Below, in pieces: positions 9,448 to 18,844 of a stretch of 60,623 nucleotides of DNA. A model generated the notes under the pieces. It saw only the letters and a program-made list of their open reading frames with translations, did no database searches and was not told where the DNA came from. Within the stretch, counting starts at the first letter, position 1. Each line of letters starts with the position of its first letter. A program made the translations under genes and the position numbers. Origin of the DNA: Patescibacteria group bacterium (lineage in GTDB: Bacteria > Patescibacteriota > Patescibacteriia > JBHPGJ01); the NCBI GenBank assembly GCA_042570545.1, contig JBHPGJ010000009.1, forward strand, positions 1 to 60,623, in the 5' to 3' direction.

Positions 9448-10836
9448 ATGATGACGGCGGAACGAAATTATAAAGGAAAAAACATTTTAATTTTTGGCCT
9501 TGGTCAGCACTCGCAGGGTAGTGGGATGGCGGCCGCTATTTATTTTGCCAAATTAGGCGCCAACGTGGTTGTGACGGATAAAAAAAGTAAGACCGATCTG
9601 AAAAAAATGATTACCGAACTAAAATCGTTGCCCCTAACCTATCATTTGGGCGGTCACAGCAATAAAGACATAAGATGGGCTGATATAATTATTCAAAATC
9701 CCGGTGTTCCATTTGATTCGAAATTTATTTTATATGCCAAAAAAATTAAAAAAGATATACAAACAGATGTATCGGTTTATCTCTCAATTTACAAACCAAA
9801 TGTTATTGCCGTTACAGGAACCAGGGGCAAAAGCACTACCGCGTCACTAATTAGTAAAATAATAAAAAGTAAGTTTCCTAAGTCAAAATTAACTGGTAAT
9901 ATTGGTCGTTCTCCTTTGTGGCACATAGGAAAAGAGAAACTAATAAATTATGCTGTAATGGAATTGTCCAGTTGGATGCTAGAAGGACTAGAAAAATATA
10001 AATATTCTCCAAACATTGGTGTGCTTACCAACATTTATTCAGATCATTTAGATAGATATAAAAAATTTAGTAATTATACTAAGGCTAAAAAATTAATTTA
10101 TAAATATCAAAAGAAAAGTAATCTGGCCATAATTAATTATGATCAATCTATTTGTCGCCAAATTGCGAAAAATGTCGGTAATGTTTATTGGTTCTCTTTA
10201 AGTAAAAAAGTACCCAGAGGAGTGTTTTATAATGACGGCGACTTTTATTGGCATTATAAAAATAAAACAACCAAGATAATAAATATAGCTGAATTTAAAT
10301 TATTGGGACGACATAATTTAAATAATTTAGCCGCCGCTTTAGTAGTAGCCAAATTATTAAAAATAAAAAAATCTAATATTACTAAAGCAGTAAAGTCGTA
10401 TAGTGGATTACCACACCGAATCGAATATATAAGAAAATTCCGGGGTGTAAAATATGTGAATGATTCATATTCAACTATCCCCGAGGCCACGATTAGCGCT
10501 ATTGATTCATATGACAGTCCGATTGTACTTATTATCGGTGGGACTGATAAAAACTTAGATTATAAAAAATTAGCCAATAAGATAAATCAGCGAGTTGAAT
10601 ATGTAATAACTTTACCCGGGACAGCCACAAAGAAGATTGTTAAGCAGTTAGAAAAAGTAAAATATAAAAACATTGTAAAATCAAAAGATATAAGAAAGGC
10701 CTTATATATAGCTAGAAGAATTGCACGATCCGGTGACCTGGTTTTATTTTCACCGGCCGCAACTAGCTTTGGACAGTTTAACAATGCTAGTGAACGAGGA
10801 GAGAAATTTAAGAATTTAATAAACAAACTGTCTTGA
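9448..10836 (+). CDS. murD: UDP-N-acetylmuramoyl-L-alanine:D-glutamate ligase
   Basis: NPGVP, VTGTRGKSTT, MELSSW, DHLDRY, NDSYST, FSPAATSFGQF..ERG. Confidence 0.95.
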   Translation: MMTAERNYKGKNILIFGLGQHSQGSGMAAAIYFAKLGANVVVTDKKSKTDLKKMITELKSLPLTYHLGGHSNKDIRWADIIIQNPGVPFDSKFILYAKKIKKDIQTDVSVYLSIYKPNVIAVTGTRGKSTTASLISKIIKSKFPKSKLTGNIGRSPLWHIGKEKLINYAVMELSSWMLEGLEKYKYSPNIGVLTNIYSDHLDRYKKFSNYTKAKKLIYKYQKKSNLAIINYDQSICRQIAKNVGNVYWFSLSKKVPRGVFYNDGDFYWHYKNKTTKIINIAEFKLLGRHNLNNLAAALVVAKLLKIKKSNITKAVKSYSGLPHRIEYIRKFRGVKYVNDSYSTIPEATISAIDSYDSPIVLIIGGTDKNLDYKKLANKINQRVEYVITLPGTATKKIVKQLEKVKYKNIVKSKDIRKALYIARRIARSGDLVLFSPAATSFGQFNNASERGEKFKNLINKLS

Positions 10837-11945
10837 TAAAGCGTCAAGCAAAAAAAAGTATCGATTACCCATTATTGTTGATTGTAGCAGCCATAATTTT
10901 ATTTGGTCTAATAATGTTATCGTCAGCCAGTACGGTGACATCATTCCAACGATTTGATGATCCCAACTGGTTATTTAAACGCCAGTTAGTTAGTATCCTA
11001 GTCGGCTTAGTAGCTTTTTTTATAGTTATTAGGATCGATTATCATGTTTGGCAGAGATTTTCATTATTACTTTTGATAATTAGTTTGGCTTTATTGATTA
11101 TGGTTTTTGTGCCCGGCTTAGGCACTGAAGCTTTTGGCGCTCAGCGCTGGATTGATTTTGGTGGTGGAATATCTTTTCAGCCGACAGAAATTGTCAAATT
11201 GACTTTTTTAATATACTTAGCATCTTGGTTAGAAAAAAGAGGTCGCGGCATTAAAGATGTTTCGTCTGGCTTGTTGCCTTTTTTAGTATTATTAGGTCTG
11301 GTTACCTTGCTAGTAATGGCTCAGCCCGATTTGGGTACCATGACTATCATTGGTTTTACGGCCCTAATAGTCTATTTTGTAGCTGGGGCGCCTTATAAAC
11401 ATATGGCAGCAATAATTGGAACGGGTCTGGCTCTATTTACTATTTTGGTACGCATAGCACCTTATCGAGCAGCTAGATTAACAATTTATTTAAATCCTGA
11501 ATTGGATCCACAAGGAATTGGTTATCATATAAATCAGGCTTTATTGGCAATTGGCAGCGGTGGTATTCTCGGTGTCGGTCTGGGACATTCACGTCAGAAA
11601 TTTAACTACCTTCCAGAAGCGGCCGGTGATTCAATTTTTGCAATTATTGCTGAGGAGTTAGGATTTATCGTCGTTAGCGGCCTTGTGCTAGCTTTTGTGT
11701 TTTTACTCGTAAGAGGTTTTAATATTGCCCGACGTTCAAATGATGAATTTGGCAGATTACTGGCTGTGGGTATAACCGTTTGGTTTGTTGCTCAAGCATT
11801 TATAAACATCGGCGCTCTGACCGGATTGCTGCCACTAACTGGTATACCTTTGCCATTAATTAGCTATGGTGGGTCAGCTATGATTCTATCCATGGCTGCC
11901 CTGGGAGTATTATTAAATATTTCAAGACATGCCCGAACTAGATAA
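10833..11945 (+). CDS. ftsW: SEDS peptidoglycan polymerase FtsW
   Basis: GAQRWI, FQPTEIVK, QPDLGT, YLPEAAGDSIFAIIAEELG, PLISYGGS; dcw position. Confidence 0.95.
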   Translation: MIKRQAKKSIDYPLLLIVAAIILFGLIMLSSASTVTSFQRFDDPNWLFKRQLVSILVGLVAFFIVIRIDYHVWQRFSLLLLIISLALLIMVFVPGLGTEAFGAQRWIDFGGGISFQPTEIVKLTFLIYLASWLEKRGRGIKDVSSGLLPFLVLLGLVTLLVMAQPDLGTMTIIGFTALIVYFVAGAPYKHMAAIIGTGLALFTILVRIAPYRAARLTIYLNPELDPQGIGYHINQALLAIGSGGILGVGLGHSRQKFNYLPEAAGDSIFAIIAEELGFIVVSGLVLAFVFLLVRGFNIARRSNDEFGRLLAVGITVWFVAQAFINIGALTGLLPLTGIPLPLISYGGSAMILSMAALGVLLNISRHARTR

Positions 11946-13008
11946 AAAAATATTAATATTATTATCAGGTGGGGGGACTATGGGGTCAGTTTCACCATTG
12001 ATGGCCATATTTGAACAATATAAAAAAAATGATGAAGGGTATGATTTTATGTTTGTCGGTACCAGCAGCGGTCCAGAAGGACAAGTTATTAAAAAATTAA
12101 ATATCCCATTCTATAATTTACAAGAAGCGAAATGGCGGCGTTATTTTTCTTGGTCAAATATTTTATCACCGATAATATTTCTAATTGCATTTGTTAAATC
12201 AATTAGATTGCTCTATAAAAAAAAGCCAAAGGTGATAGTAAGCGCTGGTAGTTATGTATCAGTACCGCTGGCTTGGGCCGGAAAAATTATTGGGATACCA
12301 ATAATTATTTATCAAATGGATGTAGTTAAAGGCTTGGCAAATAAATTAATGACACCATTGGCCAAAAAAATAGTTGTTGCCTTTAGACATCACTTATACC
12401 AATTTCCCCGAGAAAAGACCGATCATATTGGTTTAATAGTTAGACCTTCGCTTACTAGACCAAATCTAAATAATGCCAATAAAATATTTGGTATTGATGA
12501 AGGCAAAAAAACTATATTAATTGTAGGCGGCGGGACCGGAGCTTTAAATTTGAATAAGAAAATTGGTAAAATTTTACCAACTTTATTGAAAAAATATCAA
12601 ATAATTCATTTAACAGGCCTTAACAAACAGTCTGTAAAAATTGACTCTCCTTATTATCATGAATATGAATTTTTAAACCAAGAGATGGTTGACGCTTACG
12701 GCGTTGCTGACTTAGTAATTTGCCGAGCCGGGTTATCTACCATAGCTGAATTGTCAGCCTTAGGGAAGGTGTCGCTAATCATTCCCATAACCGATAATCA
12801 ACAAGAGAATAATGCTATTTTTATGCAAAAACACAGTGCCGCTGCCGTCTTAACTGAACAGCAATTAGCTGGACATAGAACGCTTAAACTAATTGAAAGA
12901 TTACTGGTTGATGATAAAATAAAGCGTCACTACCAAAAGAATATAAAGAAATTATATCAAGAAAAAGGATTAGAAAACTTGGTTAATATAATCAATGAAA
13001 CAATATAA
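11929..13008 (+). CDS. murG: Lipid II GlcNAc transferase MurG
   Basis: SGGGTMGSVSP, VGGGTGA, CRAGLSTIAEL, QQENNA. Confidence 0.93.
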   Translation: MPELDKKILILLSGGGTMGSVSPLMAIFEQYKKNDEGYDFMFVGTSSGPEGQVIKKLNIPFYNLQEAKWRRYFSWSNILSPIIFLIAFVKSIRLLYKKKPKVIVSAGSYVSVPLAWAGKIIGIPIIIYQMDVVKGLANKLMTPLAKKIVVAFRHHLYQFPREKTDHIGLIVRPSLTRPNLNNANKIFGIDEGKKTILIVGGGTGALNLNKKIGKILPTLLKKYQIIHLTGLNKQSVKIDSPYYHEYEFLNQEMVDAYGVADLVICRAGLSTIAELSALGKVSLIIPITDNQQENNAIFMQKHSAAAVLTEQQLAGHRTLKLIERLLVDDKIKRHYQKNIKKLYQEKGLENLVNIINETI

Positions 13009-14347
13009 CATGAAAAAGAGGCAAAAAGTATTTATAATCGGCATTGGTGGTATCGGTACTTCTGGTCTAGCACAATTGTTAAGAGAAAAAAATTATCAGG
13101 TAAGTGGCAGTGATAGAAATGACAACCAAATAGTAAAAATATTGCTTAAAAAAAATATAAAAGTTTATATTGGCAATAAAAAATATTTACCAGCTGATAC
13201 CAATATAGTAATTTACTCTCCTGCCGTGCCGACTAATCATCGATTATTAAAGCAAGCAAGAAAAAATAATTTAAAAATCCTTTCTTACCCCCAAGCGTTA
13301 TGGGAAACGGTAAAAGATAAGAAGGTTATCGCTATATCTGGAACACATGGCAAGAGCACAGTCACGGCAATAGTTGGCTGGATTTTAAGTAGTCAGAAAA
13401 AAAAACCAACGATTCTCTGTGGTAGCATTATGAATAATTTCAATACCAATGCCATCTGGGGAAACGGAGAATATGCTGTCATTGAAGCCGATGAATTTAA
13501 TAAATCATTTTTAAATTATCATCCTTATGTCTCAGTAATAAATAATATTGAGCTCGATCATTTTGACACTTATAAAAATCCCACAGATCTTATCACTACC
13601 TTTAATCAATTTATTAATCAGACTGAAGCTGGGGGCAAGGTCATAATTAATGCTGATAATGAATTAACCAAGAAATTAAACCAGTATCCGGGCAGTATTA
13701 CGTTTGGTATAGAAAGTGGTAAATATAAGGTTAAAAATATACACTATAATAATAAGGTGACGTTTGTATTTAATAATATTAAAGCGACGACTAATTTGGT
13801 GGGTGTTCATAATATTATGAATATTGCAGCAGCTTTTACTGTTATTAAAAGTATAAACTTATCTTTGCCCAAAGCAATTAAATCTTTGAAAAAGTTTAAA
13901 AATACATGGCGGCGTTTTGAAAAAATTGGAAATTTCAATAATATTACTACCATCAGCGATTATGCGCATCACCCAACGGAAATTAAAGCTACATTAAATA
14001 GTGCAAAAATTAAATATCCAGAAAAACAGATTATCGCAGTATTTCAGCCCCATCAGCATAACCGGACCAGACACTTAATAAAAGAATTTGGAAAATCATT
14101 TGTTCAAGCTGATAAAGTCATTATAACTGAAATTTATAATGTGGCCGGACGTATAAGTAAACAGGACAGTAAAGTCAGCGCTAAAAGAATAATTAATTAT
14201 TTACCCAGAGGCAAAAAGGTATTGTGGGCACCAAAGTTAGAAAATATCAAATCAGCGATAAATGAAATGATTAATAAAAATTCAATAATTATATTCTTAG
14301 GAGCTGGTAATATTGATGATCACGCTAGAAAGTTAGTTAAAAAATGA
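12995..14347 (+). CDS. murC: UDP-N-acetylmuramate:L-alanine ligase (start may be ATG 13010)
   Basis: IGIGGIGTSGLA, SGTHGKST, EADE, DYAHHPTEI, FQPH, LGAGNI. Confidence 0.96.
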   Translation: MKQYNMKKRQKVFIIGIGGIGTSGLAQLLREKNYQVSGSDRNDNQIVKILLKKNIKVYIGNKKYLPADTNIVIYSPAVPTNHRLLKQARKNNLKILSYPQALWETVKDKKVIAISGTHGKSTVTAIVGWILSSQKKKPTILCGSIMNNFNTNAIWGNGEYAVIEADEFNKSFLNYHPYVSVINNIELDHFDTYKNPTDLITTFNQFINQTEAGGKVIINADNELTKKLNQYPGSITFGIESGKYKVKNIHYNNKVTFVFNNIKATTNLVGVHNIMNIAAAFTVIKSINLSLPKAIKSLKKFKNTWRRFEKIGNFNNITTISDYAHHPTEIKATLNSAKIKYPEKQIIAVFQPHQHNRTRHLIKEFGKSFVQADKVIITEIYNVAGRISKQDSKVSAKRIINYLPRGKKVLWAPKLENIKSAINEMINKNSIIIFLGAGNIDDHARKLVKK

Positions 14348-15228
14348 TTATGCACGAATTAGAAAATATTAAAGGAGTAAAGAAAAATATTTCCTTAACC
14401 CCACTGACCACCTTCAAAGTTGGTGGACCGGCTGAGTATTATTATGAACCAAACGACATTGGACAATTTTCTAATATTATTAAATCTGCTATCAGCTCAG
14501 AAATACCGATTACAATATTAAGTGGAGGCAGTAATGTACTGATTAACGATAATGGAATAAAAGGATTAGTAGTTCATCCAAAAAATGATCAACATAGTAT
14601 TGAAAATACCAGTATATATGCTGGCGCCGGTATGAGCATTAGTAGATTACTGGCCATTTGTACAAAAAATAGTTTAAGTGGATTGGAATTTATGGGGGGC
14701 ATACCAGGTACGGTCGGAGGTGGAGTGTACGGCAATGCCGGATCACCAAAAATATCATTAGGTAATTTTATTGATTATATCGAAGTTATAAACAGATTAG
14801 GAGAAGAACAAAAATGGAGTCAATCAGATTGCAATTTTAGTTATCGTAATAGCAGAATGAAAAAAGAAAAAACCATAGTAATGGCGGCAAAATTTAAGTT
14901 GAAAATCACTGATTCTAAAATTATTAGAACAAATATAAATATTTTTATCGATAAAAAAAATGAAAATCAACCAGCTTCTAGTGCGTCATCCGGATGTATA
15001 TTTAAAAATCCGGCGAACAATATCGCTGCCAAATTAATAGATCAAGCCGGTCTGAAGGGTAAAAGAATCGGCGGAGCTGAAGTGTCTAAAATACATGCAA
15101 ATTTTATAATAAACACCGGTTCAGCAACGGCTGAAGATATTACTATTCTCATAAGCTATATAAAACAGCAAATTCGTGATAAATTTAATGTGCAACTAAA
15201 TGAAGAGATCCAGTATTTAGGATTTTAA
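14344..15228 (+). CDS. murB: UDP-N-acetylenolpyruvoylglucosamine reductase
   Basis: TTFKVGGPA, GGSNVL, GIPGTVGG..GNAG, FSYRNS, SSGCIFKNP, HANFIIN. Confidence 0.96.
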   Translation: MIMHELENIKGVKKNISLTPLTTFKVGGPAEYYYEPNDIGQFSNIIKSAISSEIPITILSGGSNVLINDNGIKGLVVHPKNDQHSIENTSIYAGAGMSISRLLAICTKNSLSGLEFMGGIPGTVGGGVYGNAGSPKISLGNFIDYIEVINRLGEEQKWSQSDCNFSYRNSRMKKEKTIVMAAKFKLKITDSKIIRTNINIFIDKKNENQPASSASSGCIFKNPANNIAAKLIDQAGLKGKRIGGAEVSKIHANFIINTGSATAEDITILISYIKQQIRDKFNVQLNEEIQYLGF

Positions 15229-15233
15229 AATAA

Positions 15234-15608
15234 ATGAATATTCAAATTCATGGACAAAACTTCACAATAACTCCGGCTATTAGAAATCAAATAGAAAAAA
15301 AATATGCTTCGATTGAAAAAATTGTAAGTCCAATAGATAGGGTTCATGTAAGCATAAGTGTGAATCGACACCACAAACACGGCGAAATATTCACTGTCAG
15401 CAGCCAAATTGCAATCGGCAAGAATTCAATACACGTAACCGAGAAAGCCGAAGATGTTTATACGGCTATCGATAAATCAGAAGAGATTATATTACGTCAA
15501 ACCAAGAAATATAAAACTAAACATCAAATGCGATTACGCCGTTTAAAAAGATTAATATCACCTCGTAATTATTGGCGCTGGGGCAAAAATATATTTAATA
15601 AAGAATGA
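15234..15608 (+). CDS. hpf: Ribosome hibernation factor (short HPF/RaiA family)
   Basis: MNIQIHGQNFTITPAIRNQIEKK...EDVYTAID...RQTKKYK; hpf-secA synteny. Confidence 0.88.
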   Translation: MNIQIHGQNFTITPAIRNQIEKKYASIEKIVSPIDRVHVSISVNRHHKHGEIFTVSSQIAIGKNSIHVTEKAEDVYTAIDKSEEIILRQTKKYKTKHQMRLRRLKRLISPRNYWRWGKNIFNKE

Positions 15609-15609
15609 T

Positions 15610-18294
15610 ATGGGATTATTCACTAGAATATTAGGCGATCCAAACAAGAAAGAGTTAAAAAAACTACAGCCAAAAGTAGATAGTATTAATAAATTTGAAA
15701 ATAGGTTTAAGAATTATGACAGAGAAGCAGCCATCGGCAGAATTACTGAAATAAAGAAAGACTTATCATCAAATCCTAATAAGATAAATGATTATTTGGA
15801 TGAAGTGTTTGCCTTAGTTCGGCAAGCGGCCGTAAGTACCATCGGTCTTAGACATTATGATGTTCAACTAATTGGCGGTATAGTGCTTCATCAGGGTAAG
15901 ATTGCCGAAATGCGCACCGGTGAAGGTAAAACCTTGGTAGCTAGTTTGGCCCTGACTCTCAACGCCTTAACTGGAAAGGGAAGTCACTTAATAACCGTGA
16001 ATGATTATTTAGCTAGACGTGATGCTGGTTGGATGGGACCAATATATAATTATTTAGGTTTAAGTGTTGGTATAATTATACACGATTCAGCCTTCTTGTT
16101 TGATCCGGAATTTACTGATGAAAAACACGAAGATCCAAGATTATCACATTTGAGGCCAGTAGAAAGATTGCAGGCTTATCAGGCGGATATTACATACGGT
16201 ACTAATAATGAATTTGGCTTTGACTATTTACGGGATAACATGGTACCGACGCTGAAGCACAAAGTTATGCGTCAATTAAATTTTGCTATTGTCGATGAGG
16301 TAGATAGCATATTGGTTGATGAAGCTCGTACCCCACTAATTATTTCTGCACCATCTGACGAATCAGCCGAGTTATACGAGCGCTTTGCGAAAATTGTTCC
16401 ACAATTGAATGAACTTGATGATTATAATATTGATGAAAAAATGAGAGCGGTAACATTAACTGATGGTGGGATCGAAAAAGTGGAGAAAATACTCGGCCTA
16501 GATAACATATATCAGGCCGGTGGTGTTGAATTAGTTCATCATCTAGAACAAGCTCTAAAGGCAAATACACTTTTTCATAAAGATAAAGAATATGTTATTA
16601 AGGATGGCGAAATTGTTATCGTTGATGAATTTACCGGTCGCTTAATGTTTGGACGTCGTTTTTCTGAGGGATTACACCAAGCGATTGAGGCCAAGGAAAA
16701 TGTAGAAATAAAAAAAGAAAGCCGAACTTTAGCTACTATTTCATTTCAAAATTATTTTAGAATGTATGACAAATTATCAGGGATGACCGGAACGGCAGTA
16801 ACAGAGGCAGAGGAATTTGCAAAAATATATGACTTATCGGTTGTATTGGTACCAACTAATAAGCCAATGATAAGAAACGACATGACCGATGTTATTTATA
16901 AAACTGAACTGGGTAAATTAAAAGCCATAGTTCGAGAAGTAAAAAGACGAAATGAAATTGGTCAACCAGTATTAATTGGTACTATTTCCATAGAAAAAAA
17001 TGAATTACTTGGGGGACTATTAGAACGCGAAGGCGTCCACTTTGAAGCGCTTAATGCCAAGAAACACGAACAAGAAGCCGGTATTATAACCAAAGCCGGT
17101 ATTAAAGGTGCGGTGACTTTAGCTACCAATATTGCGGGACGTGGTGTTGATATTGTTTTGGGCGGGCCAAATGCCGATCAAAAGGAGCGTCAGGATATAC
17201 TTAGTTTAAGTGGGCTGCACGTCATCGGAACCGAACGTCATGAATCAAGAAGGATTGACAATCAGTTACGCGGTCGTTCGGGTCGACAGGGTGATCCCGG
17301 TTCAAGTCAATTTTTTATTTCAATGGAAGACGATCTAATGAGAATTTTTGGTTCAGACAGGATGAAAAATATGATGGACAGAATGGGTATACCCGATGAC
17401 ATGCCGATTGAAAATAAACTTATTGCTAAGTCAATAGAAACAGCTCAAAAAAAAGTAGAAGGTCATAATTTCGATATCCGCAAACATCTTGTTGAATATG
17501 ATGATGTAATGAACAAACATCGTGAAGTTGTTTATAAAAAAAGAAACGACGTATTAAAATATAAAGATGATCAACTGCGACAAGAGGCCCTGGGAATAAT
17601 TAACACAGAAATTGAACAAATTGTTTCTTTTCATACAAACCAACAGGATAAAACCTGGGACTTAGATGAGATTTATGAATCCGTTGATGCACTCTTCCCC
17701 ATACCGCTTGAGGTCAGGATAAAGATGGATGATCTGGAAAAATCCAATGAGGTAAAGAAATCCGTTGAAGCAAGGGACAAGATTATCTCATATATTTCAA
17801 ATTTGGCTGTTAAGGCATATGAAGACATAGAATCAGCCATGGAAAATAATGATATGATGAGAAATATTGAAAGAGGAATGATGCTAAGAATAATTGATAG
17901 TCTATGGACAGAACATCTAGATCAAATGAGTTATCTAAGACAGGGGATTGGCCTGAGAGGATATGCTCAACGTGATCCGCTGGTTGAATATAAAAAAGAT
18001 GCCTTTCAGTTATTTACTCAGCTGTTGAATTCTATCAATTCACAATTTGCCCATAGTATATATAAAATTGTACTGGCCAAAGATTCTATAAACAAATCGA
18101 CTCCAGAAGTAAGACATTATAAGCATGACAACGTAAGCATGTCTGGCATGGCAGAGACGGGCCAAGTTGATAAGCCTATTAATCAGAACGAGGTTTCCGG
18201 ACAGGCCACGGATGATAAATATAATAAAGTTGGTCGGAACGATCCTTGTCCATGTGGATCGGGAAAGAAATATAAAAAATGTCATGGTCGGTAA
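15610..18294 (+). CDS. secA: Preprotein translocase ATPase SecA
   Basis: EMRTGEGKT, VDEVDSILVDEARTPLIIS, RIDNQLRGRSGRQGDPG, C-terminal SEC-C motif GRNDPCPCGSGKKYKKCHG. Confidence 0.99.
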   Translation: MGLFTRILGDPNKKELKKLQPKVDSINKFENRFKNYDREAAIGRITEIKKDLSSNPNKINDYLDEVFALVRQAAVSTIGLRHYDVQLIGGIVLHQGKIAEMRTGEGKTLVASLALTLNALTGKGSHLITVNDYLARRDAGWMGPIYNYLGLSVGIIIHDSAFLFDPEFTDEKHEDPRLSHLRPVERLQAYQADITYGTNNEFGFDYLRDNMVPTLKHKVMRQLNFAIVDEVDSILVDEARTPLIISAPSDESAELYERFAKIVPQLNELDDYNIDEKMRAVTLTDGGIEKVEKILGLDNIYQAGGVELVHHLEQALKANTLFHKDKEYVIKDGEIVIVDEFTGRLMFGRRFSEGLHQAIEAKENVEIKKESRTLATISFQNYFRMYDKLSGMTGTAVTEAEEFAKIYDLSVVLVPTNKPMIRNDMTDVIYKTELGKLKAIVREVKRRNEIGQPVLIGTISIEKNELLGGLLEREGVHFEALNAKKHEQEAGIITKAGIKGAVTLATNIAGRGVDIVLGGPNADQKERQDILSLSGLHVIGTERHESRRIDNQLRGRSGRQGDPGSSQFFISMEDDLMRIFGSDRMKNMMDRMGIPDDMPIENKLIAKSIETAQKKVEGHNFDIRKHLVEYDDVMNKHREVVYKKRNDVLKYKDDQLRQEALGIINTEIEQIVSFHTNQQDKTWDLDEIYESVDALFPIPLEVRIKMDDLEKSNEVKKSVEARDKIISYISNLAVKAYEDIESAMENNDMMRNIERGMMLRIIDSLWTEHLDQMSYLRQGIGLRGYAQRDPLVEYKKDAFQLFTQLLNSINSQFAHSIYKIVLAKDSINKSTPEVRHYKHDNVSMSGMAETGQVDKPINQNEVSGQATDDKYNKVGRNDPCPCGSGKKYKKCHGR

Positions 18295-18814
18295 AAATCA
18301 AGAAGTTGCCGCAGACATAAATTTAAAAAAGGCAGAAAAGCATAAATTATTTTATTTTATTGCCAATGCCATTGTTTATCGTAATTCAGATAAACGTTGT
18401 TTGTTGTTAAAGAGAAATAGTAAGAATAAAATTCACCCCGGTAAATATTGTGTTCCTGGTGGTAAACTAGAGTGGTCAGATTTAGATATTGATAAACCAA
18501 CAAGATTAAATGGTAACGTTTTAGATTTTGAAAATGCTATTGAAAAACTGTTGAAAAGAGAGATAAAAGAAGAAGCCAATATAACAATTGAAAATAGCAT
18601 CAAATACATAAACAACGTAGCCTATATCCGTCCCGACGGGACTCCGTCAATGATGGTGAAGTATGCTGTAAAGTATAAAAGCGGAAAAGTAATTTTGGAA
18701 AGTAAATTCTCATCTCATCGTTAGGTCAATGAAAATGAAGTCAACAAGCTCGACTGCATATTAGGAGTGCCTGAAGAAGTAAAATTAACCATAAAAATGT
18801 TTAAAAATAATTGA
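18284..18814 (+). pseudogene. Nudix hydrolase interrupted by an in-frame TAG at 18722-18724 (nonsense mutation or sequence error)
   Basis: LLLKR..HPGKYCVPGGKLE...KREIKEEANI Nudix box; frame stays open for 29 more codons after the TAG (VNENEVNKLDCILGVPEEVKLTIKMFKNN) to TGA 18812-18814; ATG 18284 overlaps the secA end. Confidence 0.7.
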
Positions 18815-18839
18815 CATTTAGCTAAAAATGTGCTAAACT
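18811..18839 (+). promoter_or_regulatory. Strong sigma70-type promoter
   Basis: TTGACA (18811-18816), 17 bp spacer, TGc-TAAACT (18834-18839). Confidence 0.8.
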
Positions 18840-18844
18840 ATTAT

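Noticed and set aside
18167-18283. N-terminal 39 aa of the Nudix ORF as given in the ORF track
   Set aside because: It overlaps the SecA C-terminal coding region in another frame; ATG 18284 is the plausible start.
18722-18724. Genome-wide TAG recoding or pyrrolysine insertion
   Set aside because: TAG ends rpsK at its canonical C-terminus and also ends serS and rpmA; no pyl genes are visible; a single TGG>TAG change is simpler.
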